The translations under genes and the position numbers were made by a program. Source: Octopus vulgaris (lineage: Eukaryota). Taken from it: a DNA stretch of 64,000 bases. Positions 56,348-64,000 of the stretch are shown here, piece by piece (within the stretch, counting starts at the first letter, position 1; each line of letters starts with the position of its first letter). The notes below the pieces were generated by a model. That model did not search any database. It was not told where the DNA came from and saw only the letters and a list, made by a program, of their open reading frames with translations. The stretch is from assembly GCA_951406725.2 (NCBI GenBank), contig OX597829.1:248001-312000 (forward strand), given 5' to 3'.

Positions 56348-56384
56348 GGTAGGTCTTGACAGATACGTTTATATCGATTGGGAC

Positions 56385-56472
<88 letters not shown>

Positions 56473-56599
56473 TAATATTAATAGAGAACACCTTTCCGAG
56501 TAATGTGGACTGTTCTCAAGATGATGATCACATAGAGTTCGTGGTCGTTGATGTTACCAGACAGTTTTTCAATTTTTTTTTTACCTATATTTTTTTTTA

Positions 56600-57190
56600 C
56601 GAGGAGGTAGCAAGGTTATCGTGCCTTGCTTCGGTAGAGAATTTAATACGAACAAATTTGCCCTATTTAAATTTGTCCTATGTTACCAGGCAGTTTGTCG
56701 CTGCATTTGGTCAGTCTATTTCTTTTCTACAAACCTCGCAACATTAATAAAGATAGATATTACTTTGCTGTTCATTTCTATCTCTATATCTTAGTGCTTT
56801 AATAGTTTCCTTCGGTGACTTCTGTAGATTGTATTCTCCGTATGGCGGCATCTGTTTTTAAGCATTTCTTTTCCTTCCCATCCTTGATAAAGTTGTGCGG
56901 ACGGTTTACTGCTATTTCTTGCTCTCTATGAACAGACGTATTCCATAATATGGTGACATTCTTTTTTTTTTTCCGTGACTGTTTCCAGTTGATGACCACA
57001 CCGTTTCCCGGTGGTCTTATATCATATTCTTTGCAGATCTTCCAGTGAATGTATGCTGCTGCTTTGTTGTGATGTTGGATGTATTCTGTCTTATCAAGTT
57101 CTGGGCAGCCCAACACACAGTGATCAACTAACTTGCTACATGGATATGTAGCATTGGGAGTCGCTGCTGTGTTTTTTTAGTATTCTCTCT
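56600..57190 (-). pseudogene. Old R4/Dong-like RLE fragment
   Basis: LGCPELDKTEYIQHHNKAAAYIHWKIC...VTILWN.SV...NRP...KD..KKCL. Confidence 0.75.
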
Positions 57191-57226
57191 TTGTAGGACT
57201 TGTTGTCGTTATTATTATTACTTTAT

Positions 57227-57552
57227 GCAGTGCATGCTATCAAAGTGACACTGGAGTAAAATATATGAAGCCCAATATACCCATCAGGACTACCCGTCTG
57301 ATAAGGGTACACTAGGCACGTGCATCTCAACCATATGTGCGCGACATGGTGATCTCATATCAAGATAAACAGCACATGACCTTGCAGGTGGGGCCCAGTT
57401 AGAATTTTCTTCTGGTCGAGTAACCCATCCCGCTCAAAAGGTCCCTGAATAAGGGTTGTTTAAGGATGTTGAACGAAGGACCCATGTTTCCAGAGTTGAA
57501 TTATTCAAACCCCAAAGAATCTCTCTCAACACATGGCTATGATGCTTCCCCA
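57227..57552 (-). mobile_element. ~556-bp TAA-flanked element, 5'-truncated
   Basis: Matches the 3' ~330 bp of the family; ATT repeats on both sides. Confidence 0.85.
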
Positions 57553-57591
57553 ATTTCATTATTATTATTATTATTATTATTATTAAAAATT

Positions 57592-57946
57592 AAGACAGTG
57601 AGCTGGCAGAATCGTTAGCACGCCGGGCAAAATGCTTAGCGGCATTTCGTCAGTCTTTACAATTTGCATTCAAAGTCCACCGAAATCGACTTAGCCTTTC
57701 ATCCTTTCGGGAACGATAGAATAGTACCAGTTGGTCACTGGGATCGCTGTAATCGACTCACACACTCCTCCGAAACTGCTAGCCTTGAGCCAAAATTTGA
57801 TGACTTTATTAATAATAACAAGAACGTGGTCAATTGTTTCTTCTAACTTGCTACATGCTCTGCAATGGGGGTCGCTGCTGTTCTTCAGTTCTCTCTGTTG
57901 GTGGATGTTATTGTTGTTGTTGTTATTATTATTATTATTATTATTA

Positions 57947-57987
<41 letters not shown>

Positions 57988-58385
57988 GGCAACGAGCTGG
58001 CAGAACCGTTAGCACGCCGGGCGAAATGCTTTGCGGTATTTCGCCTGCCGCTACGTTCTGAGTTCAAATTCCGCCGAGGTCGACTTTGCCTTTCATCCTT
58101 TCTGAGTCGATAAATTAAGTACCAGTTACGCACTGGGGTAGATGTAATCGACTTAATCCGTTTGTCTGTCCTTGTTTGTCCTCTCTGTGTTTAGCCCCTT
58201 GTGGGTAGTAAAGAAATAGGTATTTGTCCGTCTTTACGTTCTGAGTTCAAATTCCGCCGAGATCGACTTGCTTTTATCCTTTTGGGGGTCGATAAATTAA
58301 ACAGCAGTGAAACACTGGAGTTGATATAATCGACTGGTCCTCACCCCTTAAATTCCAGGCTTAGTGCTTTTAGTAGAAATAATTA
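57592..58385 (+). mobile_element. Cluster of SINE-A copies (57592-57800; dimer 57988-58385)
   Basis: Head and core as above, each preceded by (ATT)n. Confidence 0.85.
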
Positions 58386-58759
58386 TTATTATCATCATAA
58401 TAATCTTCGAAGATTTCTTTCCGCGAAACCAAACTTAGGTACGTCTGGGAGGAGGACACATGCAATGCTCTCAGCCTATGGAACCCTTCACTTTTCAACC
58501 TCACTCCCCGTTATTCAATGCTTTAATTCATCCAATTCTACTTCGTCCAGTCTTGTCAGGTATTAGCGTTTTGGATTTGACATTTTTTTTTTCCTTGCCA
58601 ACGTCTTCTTGACATGACATTTTCTAATCCCATTTTCAATTTAGTTTTTAGTTTTGTAATAGCTTCTGTTGATGTTTCTCTGTCCTGCTAGCATCTGCCT
58701 GTCACCCCAATTTCTGTTTTGCATTTGTTGTCTTCATTCGAAAACAGAAAATGCTTTTC

Positions 58760-58846
<87 letters not shown>

Positions 58847-58899
58847 GTGTGTGTGCGTGTGTGTATGTGTATGGTCTGTGTGCGTGTGTGTGTGTGTTC

Positions 58900-59990
58900 T
58901 TTGTTCGTGTTTTGTAACTCTTTGTATTATATTAGTTTTCTATTGTTCGTTCTTTATTAGATATTTCTTAGTTTTACAATGGGTATTGTATACGTTTCTT
59001 GTTGCTGAAGACTTATAAAATCCTGTATTTGTGGAAAATACGCGACATCTTGTTCAGATTTTGAGTTGCTTATTAGAAAAGAAGTCAGGAATTTTTTGTG
59101 TCTTTTCTTTTCTTTTCTGACTTGTGGTTAACTCACTGAATTTCTAGTTGAGAATATTGTAACTATAACATAGCTAGAATACGTAGTGTTGATGCTGTTT
59201 ACCTTATTTCCTTTGCAAGTTGGTTGTGATTTAAATGTTGATGTAATGTGTATGTCATACACTTTTTTTAAATATATTATCTTTATAACTGTATCTATCG
59301 TACTATGTGTAGTTTATTGATGTCTAAATCTGTATAACAAACGTCAAAACATTTGGTGAACGAGTATTTTAAAGTCAATAGCAGTGGCCTCATCAGTGCA
59401 TCTATAGAGAGCTTTTCTTTCTCAGTACAACTAGAACCTAGACTATGTAAGAAAGAGCTTCAAGATCCCCTTGAGGGCACGTGCACCAGACTTCTCTTGA
59501 GGACTCAAAATATTTTATGGCGTAAGCACAAAGTCCATAGAGGAGATTTAGGGGCGCATTCCACTGAACTTTGCTATTGCTAGCCACATCAACAGGCCAC
59601 GTTGATATTATATTTTGGATACATTCCCATCTTCACAAAAGACAAAGACTGTTCAATTACATTGATGTATTGTGAGAGACACAATATGCTATTAAGGGCT
59701 TGCCAAAACTAATAGGAGACTGAGGTTCATACCGCAGCGTTTTGAAACTATATCAGTTGCGGCCGAATTTGTTCAATTAACATTGGGCTTAAATTTATTC
59801 CCTTATATCTCATCCATTTTCTGATAGAATTTTAGTGTTTCTTAACTGAAATCTCGCCTGTTTAAGGTTGGTACTGATGCAGTTTTCTGGACTGAGTCTC
59901 GGGTCGTATTTTCTATTCAATTTGTGTTCTCTTTGTATAAGTGTTTCTAGCGGTTGATTATCTTCAGATTACAACTTGAGATCATTCACT
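58900..59990 (-). pseudogene. Possible very old Penelope-like ORF relic
   Basis: Weak minus-strand motifs (EHK....PRL.P, QLRNT, terminal C..KKYLI) in the expected order; no usable ORF. Confidence 0.25.
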
Positions 59991-60914
59991 TATGAAAAGT
60001 TGCTTATTGGTTTTGCATACATAAGTACACAGCACCAATAAACAGGTTGTTTTAAAAATACTGCTCCACAAAGAACAAAAGTAGGGAGAGAAAGAGACTT
60101 TTCTTAAAATATTTGCATAACATTAAAAAATGGCTTCTTTGTTATCTTAATAATAATAATTTTTAAAATAATAATTGTAACACATTTGCTTCAGTTTTTA
60201 ATATTAGCAGAAATCACTGTAATTTTGATTATATTGTTTAAATTTATCTTTGAATACAAATTGCTCAATTTTTTGGTAATTCCAATAACTTTGTATTTTA
60301 TAATTTTTTTGGTGTCACAATATCACACCAGTGAAAATAGATGGTATTATACAAAAACTTTTCACTTAACCCTGAAATTTCTACCTTTATAAGTAGTCTG
60401 TAATATCATTGGCGCTTATGTGAATTTGTGCTACCTTGGTAACTATTTATTTATTTTTCTTTGTTAATCGTACACATTGAAAAATATACATACATCTATA
60501 TATATATAAAACTGAGAATATGTGTATATGTGTATCTGTGTCTGTATGTATGTATGTACGCATCGCTAAAACTCGAGAACCACCCAAACAATTTCATTCA
60601 GATTTTACACATACTTTACTGAAGGTCCATGCAGTGTCATGGACCCAACATTTTTTAGATTCTCGCCTAATGCGAGCCCGGAGCAATCTCCTATGTCTCA
60701 TACTATTTCAGGATTACGTGTCAAAAGTGAAACAATAACATCTCTATTGTAATGTAAGATGCTTTTAGTTTAATAGTTTCACTATGAATACTTTCACTTT
60801 GTATATATATGTTTCATTTCTATTACTTTCACAATGATATATTTATGTATGTATATGTATATGTATGCACGTATATATATATATATATATATATATGTAC
60901 ATATATATACATAT

Positions 60915-61000
60915 AAGACAAAACAATGTACATGAGAACACTGCCAAAGTCAAGATGAGAAGCCATGAGAGCCACTGCCTTGTACTGCATCAAGGCATTT
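60915..61000 (-). mobile_element. 5' fragment of the ~556-bp element, next to ATT/GTT repeats and a SINE-A (61080-61220)
   Basis: AGCCATGAGAGCCACTGCCTTGTACTGCATCAAGGCATTT. Confidence 0.75.
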
Positions 61001-61031
61001 ATTATTGTTGTTGTTGTTATTTTTATTGCTA

Positions 61032-61074
<43 letters not shown>

Positions 61075-61594
61075 CATTATTTCACGTTCTAAGTTCAAAA
61101 GCTGCCGTGGTTTCATCCTTTAGGAGTCGATAAAATAAGTACCAGCTGAGCACTGGGGTCGATGTAATCGATTTATCGTCGCTCCCGAAATCGCTGCCTT
61201 TTGCACCAAAATTTGAAATCATTATTATTATTATCGTTGTCATTTCTTCTTTTGACCAATGTAAACCCTACATTTTGTGCCCTGTATTCCGTCTTTTGAA
61301 ATAATCCTCAATGTGGTGGGCCTTTGTACCCGATAAAAGAAATAATGATAATCATCATGATCATCATTATTATCTTCATACCCCGGATAAGTATGAACAT
61401 TCTAGATCTGTGGAGTTCCTAGGTTGTCCCCGGGTGGTGCTTTTACCCACTTTTTGTAGAATTGGCTAAAAGTTTTTTGTTCATTGTTATTGCTTCAATC
61501 GTTTTTTTATGTTATTCCCCACTATCATGGTTTTTTTTTTTTTCGTTTTTGGATTTGGTTTGCAAGGTTCTTTATGGGAGTTCGCGTGTTGAAG

Positions 61595-61810
61595 CATATT
61601 CTGTTGTGTCTGGGGAGAGTCATTTTTTTTGTGCCTTATAATGTAACACACTCATCGGTAAAATTTCCACGTTTTTCTTATTTTTATTACAAGATGCAAC
61701 GAAAATTTTAGGAAAATAAAAATAAGAAAAAAGTGGAAATTTTACCGGTGAGTGTGTTAAATTATAAGGCACAAAAAGAAAATGACTCTCCCCAGATACA
61801 ACAGTATATG
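61595..61810. repeat. ~95-bp inverted repeat (61595-61688 / 61715-61810)
   Basis: CTGTTGTGTCTGGGGAGAGTCATTTT... / ...AAAATGACTCTCCCCAGATACAACAG. Confidence 0.9.
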
Positions 61811-61887
61811 TTTTTTTTTGTATTGTAAATGCTATTCGCAGCCCTTGTGGCCAATAGAGGAAGAATTATCATTTTTATTATTATTGC

Positions 61888-61938
<51 letters not shown>

Positions 61939-61975
61939 CATCATCATAATTATTATTATTACTATTATTATTATT

Positions 61976-62008
<33 letters not shown>

Positions 62009-62334
62009 GCTCTTACGTGTTATTGTTTCTGCACCTAGAGATGAACTCTTTTGCTGCCTGCTCACAATGATAATAATAATTTGAACCGAACTGAATTGAA
62101 TTTAGACGCCTAACCCCTCTCATAAACGAAGAAAATATCTGTACTCTATTGCATTCTACTTCCTTCTTGAATTTGATCACATTAAGATAATTCTTTATTC
62201 GTTCGTCTTTTATAAACTCTTACGATAAATGTAACCTACATACTTTTTTTTCTTTTTAATATATATTTTTCTTCATAAATATTTTCTTTAAGCATCTTTC
62301 GTTTAAAGGAAGACTTTACACACATACACACACA

Positions 62335-62376
<42 letters not shown>

Positions 62377-62639
62377 TATTAAAACCTTCACGCCCCTACC
62401 CACCTGCACAAGATTTCGATATAATCGATGTTATTATATGCACTTTCGTTATTGCATATTTTAAGCAATGTTGATAAAAACCGAAGTTGCGTGCATTTCT
62501 GAAATAGTGATTTGCTTTTGATTTAACAGAAACATTGTAGTAATGGTTTTTCCCGCCTATTTTTTTCCAGCCCGGTACCACTGGGAGTGTAAATTTAACG
62601 ACAATTTAAGAAAAAAATCCCCAAGGTAATAAAACAATT

Positions 62640-62816
62640 TTGTTATTGTTATTATTGTATTTATTTCTATTAATATCATTAATATTATTATATTTATTAT
62701 TATTAATATCATTATTATTATTACATTTATTATTATTAATATTATCATATTTATTATTATTATTATTATTATTAATATCATTATTATTATTACATTTATT
62801 ATTATTAATATTATCA

Positions 62817-62864
<48 letters not shown>

Positions 62865-63215
62865 TTATTATTAATATTATTATATTTATTATTATTATTA
62901 TCATTATTATTATTATTATCATTATTATTGTTATTATTATTATCATTGTTATTGTTATTATTATTATTATCATTGTTATTAATATTATCATTATTATTGT
63001 TATTATTATTATTATTATCATTATTATTGTTATTATTATTATTATTATTATCATTATTATTATTATCATTATTATTATTATATTTATTATTATTATATTT
63101 ATTACTATTATTATTATTATTATTATTGTTATTATTATTATTATTATTATTGTTATTATTATTGTTGTTATTATTATTATTATTATTATTATTGCTGTTG
63201 TTGTTGTTGTTATTG
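62640..63215. repeat. Degenerate (TAT)n array with higher-order duplication
   Basis: Direct reading. Confidence 0.95.
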
Positions 63216-63653
63216 GTTTTATCGCTTACTGAAGCGATGATTGGCTAAACAATTACTAGGGTAGTGCGAACAGCATTCAAAAGGTTTGTTGAATTTTATG
63301 CCATATGTGTAGCGAAGTGGAATTATCTGAGTTTTCCAACAAAAGCATTATGGGAAATAAAGTTGGTGGTTTAATTGAAAATAAATAGCTTGAAAAATTC
63401 TCAATTATTTGAAAAAAAAAAGAAATTTTTTTCATGCCTCGAAGATAATACTTTGTAAATAAGAACTTTGATACATAACAGCTAATAAATGAATTTGAAG
63501 CAATAAAAATCATTCCAGTGAAAATGAGTTAATTAAATATCTTTAAGTTCCAGTAAAGGTCCATGGTATTTAAAAATGTAACAACAGCAATAGCAATAAA
63601 ACAAAACGAAAATATAATCAATACAAATTTATGAGATTTTTGTAATTTTGTTC

Positions 63654-63695
<42 letters not shown>

Positions 63696-63788
63696 TTCAT
63701 TGTATTTATCCATTTGTTGTTTCATCTTTCTTCCTTTACCTTTTCCACATATATATATGTGTGTCTGTGTGTACGTGCGTGTATGTGT

Positions 63789-64000
<212 letters not shown>

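Overview
AT-rich eukaryotic non-coding DNA (intergenic or deep intronic), most consistent with an Octopus/coleoid cephalopod genome judging from the SINE families and microsatellite load (recognition from memory, not a database result). I found no host protein-coding exon, rRNA, functional tRNA or CRISPR array; almost all ORF-track entries are translations of microsatellites. The protein-coding signal is all transposon-derived: two Tx1/L1-type LINE 3' ends with ORF plus a third, UTR-only copy, all embedded in (TATC)n; R4/Dong-type RLE LINE pieces ending in (TAA)n; an RTE fragment; a decayed DD35D pogo transposase; and faint CRE, Helitron and Penelope relics. The main finds are (i) many minimal type I hammerhead ribozyme motifs from several Penelope-like/retrozyme families, including a TSD-flanked element that joins a tRNA-derived Pol III head to a hammerhead tail and a family with an unusually long stem II; (ii) apparent partitioning of microsatellite classes among retroelements (Tx1 in TATC, R4/Dong and a ~556-bp non-coding element in TAA, hammerhead elements mostly beside TA); and (iii) a compact candidate double-pseudoknot RNA motif. 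Coordinates were read by eye and may be off by a few bases.
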